32,000 bases of DNA from Candidatus Saccharimonadota bacterium (GTDB lineage: Bacteria; Patescibacteriota; Gracilibacteria; UBA4473): NCBI GenBank assembly GCA_965228485.1, contig OZ245819.1, forward strand, positions 1,230,001-1,262,000, written 5' to 3'. Positions 8,355 to 16,914 of this stretch are shown one piece after another. How positions within the stretch are numbered: the first letter of the stretch is position 1; every line of letters starts with the position of its first letter. The position numbers and the translations under genes are program-made. The notes beneath the pieces were generated by a model. It saw nothing but the letters and a program-made list of their open reading frames with translations. It made no database searches and was not told where the DNA came from.

Positions 8355-9038
8355 TCAATGTTTTTTATCTGATTTATCCTGACATTGAGATCGTCTCCAG
8401 GCTTCGATTTTAGCATGGTGTCCTGAAAGAAGGATTTCTGGAACTTTGAGTCCTCTAAATTCTTCTGGTCGAGTGTAGTGTGGATATTCTGTGCAGTCTC
8501 GTCCAAGGGTTTCTGAAAAACTCTCTTCTTGGTGACTTTCTTCTTTTCCAATGACTCCTGGGAGAAGTCTGGCAACGGCATCAACAAATACTTGTGCGGG
8601 TAATTCACCACCGGTTAGCACAAAATTTCCAAGAGATAATTCTTGATCTATTAGAACATCCCTCACTCTTTGATCAATGCCTTCATAGTGTCCACATAAA
8701 AGAATTATACGAGTGTAGGTTTGATTTTGGGAAAATTGTTCAGCAATTTTTTGGTTAAAAGTTTGACCATGAGGCGTTAAAAATATGACTGGAGCATTAT
8801 CTGTTTTAAGACTTTTTACATGTTCGATACAATCAAATAATGGCTGACAAGACATAACCATCCCTGCCCCACCGCCATAAGGTATATCGTCTACTTTATT
8901 GTGTTTATCTTCTGAAAAATCACGTATATCAAAAGTATTGATTTCAATTTTTTTATTTTCTACGGCTCGACCGATAATGGAGGTTTGCTTGAAACTTTCA
9001 AAAGCCTCTGGAAATAGTGTTAAAATATCAAATCTCAT
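8355..9038 (-). CDS. trmD: tRNA (guanine37-N1)-methyltransferase
   Basis: MRFDILTLFPE...DIPYGGGAGMVM...LLCGHYEGIDQRV...SLGNFVLTGGELPA...LLSGHHAKIEAWR is the canonical TrmD pattern. Confidence 0.95.
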   Translation of the reverse strand: MRFDILTLFPEAFESFKQTSIIGRAVENKKIEINTFDIRDFSEDKHNKVDDIPYGGGAGMVMSCQPLFDCIEHVKSLKTDNAPVIFLTPHGQTFNQKIAEQFSQNQTYTRIILLCGHYEGIDQRVRDVLIDQELSLGNFVLTGGELPAQVFVDAVARLLPGVIGKEESHQEESFSETLGRDCTEYPHYTRPEEFRGLKVPEILLSGHHAKIEAWRRSQCQDKSDKKH

Positions 9039-9699
9039 GGTTTGATTTTATAGCTTTATTACAAAAGTCAACGAGTCCTTGGGTACTTTGGAAATAAGCG
9101 TGAATTTTTTTGTGAACGTTTTTCTGGTCATAAAATTCATCTGGAATATTTTTCACAACAATAAAACTTTTGAATTTTAGGTAATCAATGCCTGGGTGAT
9201 TTTTATCATAACCTCGTGGAGGGTTGGTGAGTTTTATTGGTTCTAAGACTCCAAAATGTTTCTTAAGGGAGGGGGCATTGATGATTTTTTCAAAATCAGG
9301 ATATTTTTTATCAAGAACAGATCTAATAGCTTTGATTTTTTCACTTTCGGGCATATAAATCCCTGCTGCAATAAAAGAATTTCCTGGTTCTAAATGCAGA
9401 TAATATCCAGCATTTCCTGTACTTTTACCTCCAGGAACAAAGAACGCTCCAAAATTTGTCTTGTAGGGTTGTTTGTTTTTACTAAATCGAATATCTCGGT
9501 TAATTCGATAAATACATTTTCTGGGATCTAGGTGGATGAATTCTTGATCTAGTAAAACTAAGTGATCGAGCGTTTCCTGGACGAAGTCAATCCATAATTT
9601 TCTAGCAGTTTGGTATTCTTTTTTGTGTTCGTCAAACCAAGATTTTTTGTTATGTTTTTTTAGTTTTAATAAGAAGTCGTAGATAGATTTAATTTCCAT
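9028..9699 (-). CDS. DUF2461 (TIGR02453-like) family protein
   Basis: N-terminal FLLKLKKHNKKSWFDEHKKEYQ...RINRDIRFSKNKQPYKTNFGA...YYLHLEPG matches my memory of the DUF2461 family. It overlaps both neighbouring genes by 11 nt. Confidence 0.7.
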   Translation of the reverse strand: MEIKSIYDFLLKLKKHNKKSWFDEHKKEYQTARKLWIDFVQETLDHLVLLDQEFIHLDPRKCIYRINRDIRFSKNKQPYKTNFGAFFVPGGKSTGNAGYYLHLEPGNSFIAAGIYMPESEKIKAIRSVLDKKYPDFEKIINAPSLKKHFGVLEPIKLTNPPRGYDKNHPGIDYLKFKSFIVVKNIPDEFYDQKNVHKKIHAYFQSTQGLVDFCNKAIKSNHEI

Positions 9700-10486
9700 T
9701 TATTAAGGCATTAATAGCTGATTCTTTTCCAGCTTCGTACATAGTTTTTAGATTTTTGTTTCCGAGTGTGATCGACGAAAAATCTTCAAGATCTGGAGTT
9801 AACAAGATTACTCTATCATCTTTGGGAAAATGTTTTTGTTGATTTTGATAGATGATTCGAAAACTTCTTTGTACTACAGCAAATAAGTCTTGGCTTACCC
9901 CAAAGAATTTTTGAGTTCCAAAATCTTTTGGCAGGGGAGGAATGGTGGCGACATCAATTCCGACGATAGTTGATCCTTGGTAGTTCTGGATCATGTAATC
10001 TAGTGGGAAATTCTGAGAGAGAAATCCATCAGCTAAATGTCGCTTATAAACAGGGTGGAAAAATGGCTCAAATACTAGTGGAATGGCTAGAGAACTTCGA
10101 ACGGCATCGGCTATTTTTCCTTCTGTAATCAGTATTTGTTCTCCTGTGGCGAAATCAGTGGTTCCAATGGTTAATGGGATATCAAGGTCTTTAAAAGTTT
10201 TACCTTCATAAATTTCATCTAATAACTCATAGATTTTTTTTCCTTGAACGAGCCCTGTGTTGTTTAGTGAAAAGTCAAAAGCGAGATTAAATAGATTTGT
10301 ATTTTGAATAATTTTCCAAATTTCTTTGTGATTTTTCCCAAGGGCTATACCGGCTCCAACGATAGCGCCTGCCGATACTCCGCAGATAGCATCAAATTCA
10401 TATTTTTTTTCTAATATTTCTAGGCATCCTACATGAGCTATTCCTAGAGCGCCGCCTCCCGAAAGTACGAGTGCAGATTTATGCAT
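9689..10486 (-). CDS. Patatin-like phospholipase
   Basis: Oxyanion motif LSGGGALGIAHVG, nucleophile elbow GVSAGA (GxSxG), and a later DG(F) Asp dyad motif. Confidence 0.85.
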   Translation of the reverse strand: MHKSALVLSGGGALGIAHVGCLEILEKKYEFDAICGVSAGAIVGAGIALGKNHKEIWKIIQNTNLFNLAFDFSLNNTGLVQGKKIYELLDEIYEGKTFKDLDIPLTIGTTDFATGEQILITEGKIADAVRSSLAIPLVFEPFFHPVYKRHLADGFLSQNFPLDYMIQNYQGSTIVGIDVATIPPLPKDFGTQKFFGVSQDLFAVVQRSFRIIYQNQQKHFPKDDRVILLTPDLEDFSSITLGNKNLKTMYEAGKESAINALINGN

Positions 10487-10548
10487 CGTTATTTATTTTA
10501 TGTATTTCAAATTGGTTCGAAAGTTCTTTTTTCATATACTCATGTTCG

Positions 10549-12258
10549 ATGAAGACAATTTTCGTTCCTGGCTCTAAATCAATTACTAATAGAGTTTTGT
10601 TGCTTGCGGCCATTTCTGATAAACCGGTGGTTTTAAAGGGAGTTTTGGATTCGGATGATGCTCGTTATATGCAAGAAGCTTTGAAGACTTTTGGAGTGAA
10701 AATTGAATACTTGGGTAAAAATACATTGAAAGTTTATCCTGCTGAAGCCTTGAAGGCCAATGGTCAGGAAATATTTATTGGTAATGCTGGGACGGCTGCG
10801 AGATTTTTATCAGCTTTATCTTTGGTAGTGGAGGGACGTTATACTCTAACGGGAATAGAAAGAATGCAGGAAAGGCCTCAAGAAGACTTGATGAAGGCTC
10901 TGGAAGATTTGGGGGTAGGAATTGAATGTCATAAGAATGAAGGTTATTTACCAGCGAGTTTTTTGTCGAAAGAGGATATTGGAAGTGTGGTGAAGATTTC
11001 AGGAAAGGTTTCTTCTCAATTTTTATCGGGACTAATGTTGGTAGCGTCTCGCCTGGTAAAAGGTTTGACCATAGAGGTAGTAGATGGAATTCCTAGTCGT
11101 CCCTATATTGAGATGACTTTATCTATATTAAAAATTTGGGGTGTTAGATATAAAGTTAATAATGATTTTTCTCAGTTTGTGATTCATTCTGGGATTACAG
11201 CCCCTGAAGAATATCTTATCCCATCAGATATGAGTTCGGCAAGCTATCCTTTGCTCTGGTCGGTGCTTAGTGGAGAATCGATTTCTATTGAAAACTTTGG
11301 TTCACAGACATTGCAGGGAGACGAGCAGTTTTTAGAAGTCATAAAAACCGTAGGCGCTCAGGTGGAACGCAAAGGGGATCGATGTGTGGTTCAGCCTCCT
11401 GAAGAGCTTTTGCCCATGGGAGATTGGAATTGGGAATCGATGCCAGATGTAAGTATGACCGGGATGGTTCTAGCGGCTTTTTGTCCTGGTAAATCCAAAT
11501 TTACAGGTCTCGAAAGTTTAAGAGTTAAAGAGTGTGACCGAATTGTTGCTATGGAGCAATTGGCTGAAATTGGCGTATCGATAAAAGTGGATAAAGATGA
11601 GGTTGTAATTGAGGGACATGAATATCTGAAGCACATTAAATATGAAGCGCCTTTAGAAATAGATAGTTTTGATGATCATCGTATTGCAATGTGTTTTGGA
11701 GTGCTGAAGGCAGCACTTGATTGGGGATCCGATCCTTATCAGGAATCAGTTATTCGAATCCTAGAACCAGAATGCGTAGCTAAAACCTGGCCTAAATTCT
11801 GGCTTGAACTATCTGATTGGGAAGATCAGCTTAGGCCTGTTAGTGCGTTGGTTTTACACCGAATAGGAAGTAATTGTGGGAAAGATAAATATCTTATTGT
11901 TAAAAAACCAAGAAAAAATCACGCTTGGCAGTTTCCTCAGGGAGGTCAAGATGAGGGAGAAACGGCAAAACAAGCGGCTATCAGAGAATTACAGGAGGAG
12001 TGTGGAGAAACTTTGAATGCAAAAATAAAAGGAGAAAGACCTGTGGGAGAATATAAATATTTTTTCCCTTCAGATTTTGATCGTCATGATGACCGTATTG
12101 TTGGGGCGAAGGTTTCTTTTTTTCTCGCAGAGTTTATTAGTGGATCGGTAGAAGTAGATGGTAATGAAATCATCGACCATAAATGGGTAACCCTGGAAGA
12201 ATTTTCTGAATATTTTGAAGGTGAGTATCTAGAAGTTGTACAGGATTTTTTTGCCTAG
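10549..12258 (+). CDS. aroA: 3-phosphoshikimate 1-carboxyvinyltransferase (EPSP synthase) fused to a C-terminal Nudix hydrolase domain
   Basis: AroA motifs PGSKSITNRVLLLAA, GNAGTAARFL, KECDRIVAM and DDHRIAMCF. From about nt 11830 there is a Nudix fold with the box GGQDEGETAKQAAIRELQEECGE (about 11941-12010). The track start is a GTG at 10471 that overlaps the patatin gene. The ATG at 10549 (MKTIFVPGSK) is preferred. Confidence 0.85.
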   Translation: MKTIFVPGSKSITNRVLLLAAISDKPVVLKGVLDSDDARYMQEALKTFGVKIEYLGKNTLKVYPAEALKANGQEIFIGNAGTAARFLSALSLVVEGRYTLTGIERMQERPQEDLMKALEDLGVGIECHKNEGYLPASFLSKEDIGSVVKISGKVSSQFLSGLMLVASRLVKGLTIEVVDGIPSRPYIEMTLSILKIWGVRYKVNNDFSQFVIHSGITAPEEYLIPSDMSSASYPLLWSVLSGESISIENFGSQTLQGDEQFLEVIKTVGAQVERKGDRCVVQPPEELLPMGDWNWESMPDVSMTGMVLAAFCPGKSKFTGLESLRVKECDRIVAMEQLAEIGVSIKVDKDEVVIEGHEYLKHIKYEAPLEIDSFDDHRIAMCFGVLKAALDWGSDPYQESVIRILEPECVAKTWPKFWLELSDWEDQLRPVSALVLHRIGSNCGKDKYLIVKKPRKNHAWQFPQGGQDEGETAKQAAIRELQEECGETLNAKIKGERPVGEYKYFFPSDFDRHDDRIVGAKVSFFLAEFISGSVEVDGNEIIDHKWVTLEEFSEYFEGEYLEVVQDFFA

Positions 12259-12259
12259 T

Positions 12260-13708
12260 TTAGTGATTTTCTTGTGTTAATGCTTCTGTTGATTTTTCTG
12301 GTTTAGAATAAACTCCAACGTCTTTTATTAATTCACCTTTAGGGAACCTTGTTTTATAACTTACAAAATCATTGAAGCGGATGAATTCGGTGATGAGCTT
12401 TATTTTTGGGAACATGTTTCTATACCGATAGTCTAAAACATATTCGGCAGCAGCCTTGATATCTTCATTTGAAAAGGTGTCAGAATTTTTAACCATTGGT
12501 ACGTGCAATAGGTGTTTTTGTTTTTCTGTTTTGAGCCCATATTTTTCTGGGAAAAGATCGAAAAGTGTATTGGGATTATTATAGAGTTGTTTAATTTGTA
12601 CGCTGTAAGGCTCTAGTTCTGTAGCGAAGTCAAAGGTCTTTTTAAAATACTCTAAAGTATCATGTGGAAGTCCAATAATAAGGTCTAGGTGTACAAAAAT
12701 ATGATTTTTTTCTAATCGTTGAGATATGCGGATAAAATCATCTTTATTTAGATTTCTCTGCATGAGGTATTGGCTGTCTGGGTGGAGGGTTTGGAGACCG
12801 ATTTGAACCCAGCTTACTTTGATGTGTGGGAATAGGTCTATGATCTCATCCGATAGAAACTCTGGTCGACACATAATTCGTATTACAGGGAGATTTATAG
12901 AGCTATCTTTGAATCGCTCTTCGTAGGCAGCTACAAATTCTTTGAATCTTTTGTGGCTCACAATGAAACAATCATCGAGCATAAAAACGCTTTGTATATC
13001 TTTGTTGCCCAAATAGGATAGTTCATCAAGTACTCGCTCAATTGAAAAGGTTCTTACTTTTGAGAATCTCACTCCTCTCATACAGTAATGGCACTGGAAT
13101 GGACATCCTCGTGAGGTGGCCATGAACATTTCTTTATTTTGAAACTTTTCTAAAAAATGATCGAGTGTCCCGCTGAGATATGGAGAAGGCAGAGAATCTA
13201 AGTCTTCCAAGAACTCAGCTTCCTCCTCGATAATAGTTTTACCTTGTGAATTTTTATGAATAAATCCTTTAATGCCCTCAGCACTACTTTGTTTGATAAA
13301 GTTGAGAAATGGTTGTTCAGGTTCACCTCGTAAACAAAAATCTAATGCTGGAATATCTCGAAACATTTTTTTCCCAATAGACTTTGTGACTTTGTAACTT
13401 TGAAATCCGATTTTGGCATTTGGATTTTTATCTTTTATACTTTTAGCTATCAATTCTGCTGCTCCAGCATAGAACATCATGCTCCAGAGGATGTTGTCGA
13501 GTGTGAAGAGATAGGTATCTGCTTCAGTTTCAAGAAATTTTGATACTTGTTCTTTAAGTTCCTTTGGTGGTACATCAGCATCAATAGGAATGAGTTTGGT
13601 TTCTATCTCTGGGTGCTTTTCTTGGATAGATGCTTGTGTTTGTGCTAAGTCTAGGGGAGTATAAAAATTCCCTTCGTGGGTAAAGTATCCGAAACAAATT
13701 TTTTTCAT
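12260..13708 (-). CDS. B12-binding-domain radical SAM enzyme (class B-like), substrate unknown
   Basis: CxxxCxxC cluster in TSRGCPFQCHYCMRG, preceded by an N-terminal Rossmann-like region (about 190 aa) typical of cobalamin-binding radical SAM proteins. Confidence 0.8.
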   Translation of the reverse strand: MKKICFGYFTHEGNFYTPLDLAQTQASIQEKHPEIETKLIPIDADVPPKELKEQVSKFLETEADTYLFTLDNILWSMMFYAGAAELIAKSIKDKNPNAKIGFQSYKVTKSIGKKMFRDIPALDFCLRGEPEQPFLNFIKQSSAEGIKGFIHKNSQGKTIIEEEAEFLEDLDSLPSPYLSGTLDHFLEKFQNKEMFMATSRGCPFQCHYCMRGVRFSKVRTFSIERVLDELSYLGNKDIQSVFMLDDCFIVSHKRFKEFVAAYEERFKDSSINLPVIRIMCRPEFLSDEIIDLFPHIKVSWVQIGLQTLHPDSQYLMQRNLNKDDFIRISQRLEKNHIFVHLDLIIGLPHDTLEYFKKTFDFATELEPYSVQIKQLYNNPNTLFDLFPEKYGLKTEKQKHLLHVPMVKNSDTFSNEDIKAAAEYVLDYRYRNMFPKIKLITEFIRFNDFVSYKTRFPKGELIKDVGVYSKPEKSTEALTQENH

Positions 13709-13792
13709 TTTTTTAAAAAGTGGGGTACGTTGAAAAAAATTCTAAATACCTTTTGAAATGTGTGATAATTATTTCGGTATAACGAACAGAAA

Positions 13793-14023
13793 ATGGTAGA
13801 AGAAGAAAAAAGTTGGATAGAGATTATAGAAGATGCCTCAAATAGGCTTGTTCAGTTGAGAGAGGCTGGTTATTCAGAAGATAGTTTGCCTGTTAAAATT
13901 GAGTTAGACAGAATCGTAGAGGCGGTTAACAGTACGGTTAAACCTGCCAGTGGATTTGATGATTCTGGATCAGGAGATAATTCTGACCAAGCTTCTTTTC
14001 CGAGTTCCCGCTGGGTTCATTAG
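13793..14023 (+). CDS. Doubtful small acidic ORF (76 aa)
   Basis: ATG ORF divergent from the radical SAM gene. Its last 86 nt overlap the tilS 3' end on the opposite strand. No motif recognised. Confidence 0.3.
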   Translation: MVEEEKSWIEIIEDASNRLVQLREAGYSEDSLPVKIELDRIVEAVNSTVKPASGFDDSGSGDNSDQASFPSSRWVH

Positions 14024-14837
14024 TCAGCCATCTAAGACAGTCTTCAATTTCACTATGGCTGGGAGTTGAATTAGAAATCTGTCGTAAAAACTCTTTCTGG
14101 ATAATTGAGGGAAGGGCTAAAAACTCTTTTAGAGGTAATGGATGAGTGGCTACGACTTTTTGTGTTGCCTGGGTAATAAATTCTTGAATTTCCGTAAAGA
14201 TAATAGATTCTCGGACGAAAACTTTTTCTAGATTTGGAGTGATTTTTCGGAGTTCTGGTAAAACTTCATGTCGAATGAGATTTCTTTCGAAACCTGTATT
14301 GGTGTTGCTTTCATCTTCTTTCCAATCAATTTTTTGATCTTGAGCATATTTTAATAATTCTGTTTTAGGAATATTCCAGAAAGGTTTAGTAGTTTTATCA
14401 AAAGGAGATAATCCATTTGGCCCGGCTCCTTTTGTAAGCCTAAAAATCATGGTTTCGACCAGGTCCGTGGCATGATGTGCTGTGAGAATTTTTGTGGCTC
14501 CGATAGATTCAGCTACTTCGGTAGAAATCGTTCGTCTTTGTTCTCTCCAGAGCGATTCAGGCGATTTTTTGATGTCATTTTTGCTGAGAGTTTTTCCAAG
14601 AAAAGGGACTCCTTTTTTTGAACAAATATTTTGTACAAATTTAAAATCCTCTTGAGCTTCTTTTCGTGTATTGTGATTAATATGTAGAACGACAATCTGG
14701 TCTTTATCAAGTGCCTGACAGGCAATGTCTAAGAGAACCATAGAGTCAACTCCACCAGATACCATCAATAAGATTTTTTGGTCGTTTAGTTGTTGATCTC
14801 TCACAAATTTTTGAAAGAGAGTGATTAAATCTGTCAT
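13938..14837 (-). CDS. tilS: tRNA(Ile)-lysidine synthase
   Basis: PP-loop LLMVSGGVDSMVLLD, then HINHNTR and TAHHATDLVET, as in TilS. Confidence 0.85.
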   Translation of the reverse strand: MTDLITLFQKFVRDQQLNDQKILLMVSGGVDSMVLLDIACQALDKDQIVVLHINHNTRKEAQEDFKFVQNICSKKGVPFLGKTLSKNDIKKSPESLWREQRRTISTEVAESIGATKILTAHHATDLVETMIFRLTKGAGPNGLSPFDKTTKPFWNIPKTELLKYAQDQKIDWKEDESNTNTGFERNLIRHEVLPELRKITPNLEKVFVRESIIFTEIQEFITQATQKVVATHPLPLKEFLALPSIIQKEFLRQISNSTPSHSEIEDCLRWLTNEPSGNSEKKLGQNYLLIQNHQIHWQV

Positions 14838-14846
14838 AATTTAATT

Positions 14847-15284
14847 TTAGTGTCCTGTCGACCCAAATCCACCTCTAGAGTCTTTTCCTAAAAAGTCTTT
14901 TTCGACTTCGATAAATTCTACGTTTTGAGTTTGGACGAAAAGTCCTTGTGCTACTCTTTCACCTCTTTCGATATTTATTGCTTCGTTGCCAAAGTTGATT
15001 ACTTGAATAAGAATTTCATCTTCAGGCCCACAATAATCTTGGTCAATAAGTCCGATTGAATGAGGAAACATAAGGCCTTTTTTCCTGTAGGTAGAACTTC
15101 TAGGGAGAATTAGTAAGGCTAAATTTTTTGGGCATTTAATAATAGTATTGCTAGGAATGAATCCTACTTCTTTTGGGGCAATGGTTATATTTTCTCGAGC
15201 AAGAAAATCAAACCCAAAACTTCCTTCGGTTTCATACTTTGGTAACTCCAAGTCTTTGTCTATACGATGAATTTCAACTTTCAT
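14847..15284 (-). CDS. dut: dUTP diphosphatase
   Basis: Motifs GFDF, PRSS, GLIDQDYCGP and the C-terminal SRGGFGSTGH. Confidence 0.9.
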   Translation of the reverse strand: MKVEIHRIDKDLELPKYETEGSFGFDFLARENITIAPKEVGFIPSNTIIKCPKNLALLILPRSSTYRKKGLMFPHSIGLIDQDYCGPEDEILIQVINFGNEAINIERGERVAQGLFVQTQNVEFIEVEKDFLGKDSRGGFGSTGH

Positions 15285-15366
15285 TGTATTTATTCTAAGT
15301 CGATTCTTTTATAAAGTCGATGGAATCTTGGGGTGATTAATTGAGTTTGTTTTTTAAATTTATACC

Positions 15367-16914
15367 ATGTACCTGATGAAGAAATCATTTGTGTTATTCG
15401 GTTTATTATGTGCAGGATTGGTTTTTGCCCAGGACGTGCCAGAAGAAGATGTAAGCCAGGAGCCGTTACCAGCCTCAGTAGAGGAATTAGATGAAGGGCA
15501 AATTGAACCAGTTATCATTGCTCCAGACAATATTAGCTTTGGAAGTGAGGCTATCTTTGATGCCAGTAGTTCCAAAATTATTTCGATATCTAATTACGGA
15601 AACCCTAGTTATTCATGGGATTTTGGTGATGACCAAGGAATTCAGTTTGGAGAGAAAGTCAAATATACTTTCACGGCTCCAGGATATTATGAAATTAGAC
15701 TTAATGTTCGTCAGGGACAGCAGAAAGAATCTATTAAAAAACAAGTTTTAGTTTATACTCGGCAATCGACTCTTATTGCGGATTCTTCTGGAGAACAAAT
15801 TTCAGCCGTTAAAGAAGAAGCGGCAAAAAAAGGTATTTGGCTCCAAGAGATTACGGTTCCGAACGATTCGAGTGATCTATCGACAGAAGATGTTTTTATT
15901 CAAAAATTCCAAGAAAACTTTGATGATTTAGAAGCTTCTGAAGTGATTATTTTTTATTCTAGTTCTTCTCGGGGTATTCAATCATTTGCTCAGTTTTGGA
16001 AGCGGTTGTCTCCGGAAGTGCGTTTTGATCTGACTAAAAAGTTGGTAGTTCAGATTTCTGAAGATTCTCTGGATCGTATCGCGAAGAGAACTCAACCAGT
16101 TTTTGAGATTCTTAGACCAGAATATATTTTGTTAACCAGGCCAGAGGCCATTAGCGTTATTTTTAATCAGAAAAAATTAGACCGAGTCCTTCCAAGCCTT
16201 GGAAGTAGGGCGATTGAATACCAAAGAGTTGATGCAAAAAGTCGAGTACCGATTTGGTTGCCATTTAGTCGTTTGTTGAGTTTCTTTTCTTCTCAAGGAC
16301 TTTCTCAGACTATTATTTATATTTTGCTTTCAGTGCCATTTGTCACTTTTGTTATTGCTTTCTTTAGGCAATTTGTGGGAGTTTCTACATTTGGAGTATT
16401 TGCTCCATTAATGCTTGCTTTGGCATTTTTGGTTTTAGGATTAAATTTCGGATTAATAGTGTTCTTGATGGTAATGTTGGTGAGTTATCTTATTCGAACT
16501 TTGTTTAATCGTGTGGAGTTGCTTTATATTCCGAAAGTTGCGCTTTTATTAAGTTGTCTGGCTTTGTCCTTTTTCCTTGTGTTGGGGCTGGCTGTATATT
16601 TCAGGGTTTCGCTAGACCTTTCGTTAGCAATTTTCCCAATGATGATGATGTCGACTATTTCGGAGAAGTTTTTGTCTTCTCAGTCCTCAGAGGGGATTAA
16701 GAGCGCGATTATTGCTGCCGTTGAAACTGTTTTGGTGTCTTTAATTGCTTACGCTTTAGTAGACTGGGATTTGGTGAAAGATAATATTTTGGCCATTCCC
16801 GAACTGATTCTTCTACCAATCATGGGGACTGTTTGGTTGGGACGATTTACAGGTTTGAGAGTTTCTGAATATATTAAGTTTCGAAGTTTATTACGTGAAG
16901 ATAGCCAAGAATAA
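15367..16914 (+). CDS. Secreted PKD-like domain plus 7TM membrane protein (related to the 7TM module normally fused to an inactive transglutaminase)
   Basis: Signal peptide KKSFVLFGLLCAGLVFAQD, then an acidic linker. The PKD-like signature is YSWDFGDD...KYTFTAPGYYEIRLNV (about 15517-15740). About 7 hydrophobic helices fill the last ~220 aa. Its stop overlaps the next ATG (TAATG). An alternative ATG lies at 15376. Confidence 0.8.
   Translation: MYLMKKSFVLFGLLCAGLVFAQDVPEEDVSQEPLPASVEELDEGQIEPVIIAPDNISFGSEAIFDASSSKIISISNYGNPSYSWDFGDDQGIQFGEKVKYTFTAPGYYEIRLNVRQGQQKESIKKQVLVYTRQSTLIADSSGEQISAVKEEAAKKGIWLQEITVPNDSSDLSTEDVFIQKFQENFDDLEASEVIIFYSSSSRGIQSFAQFWKRLSPEVRFDLTKKLVVQISEDSLDRIAKRTQPVFEILRPEYILLTRPEAISVIFNQKKLDRVLPSLGSRAIEYQRVDAKSRVPIWLPFSRLLSFFSSQGLSQTIIYILLSVPFVTFVIAFFRQFVGVSTFGVFAPLMLALAFLVLGLNFGLIVFLMVMLVSYLIRTLFNRVELLYIPKVALLLSCLALSFFLVLGLAVYFRVSLDLSLAIFPMMMMSTISEKFLSSQSSEGIKSAIIAAVETVLVSLIAYALVDWDLVKDNILAIPELILLPIMGTVWLGRFTGLRVSEYIKFRSLLREDSQE

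Noticed and set aside
8135-8611. ORFs 8135-8413 (+) and 8327-8611 (-)
   Set aside because: They overlap trmD and the membrane-protein gene in other frames. trmD's frame has unmistakable motifs.
11391-11636. ORF 11391-11636 (-) antisense within aroA
   Set aside because: Shadow ORF. The AroA frame is strongly supported.
14513-15751. ORFs 14513-14725 (-), 15360-15575 (-) and 15491-15751 (+)
   Set aside because: They are nested in or antisense to tilS and the PKD-7TM gene and have no independent support.
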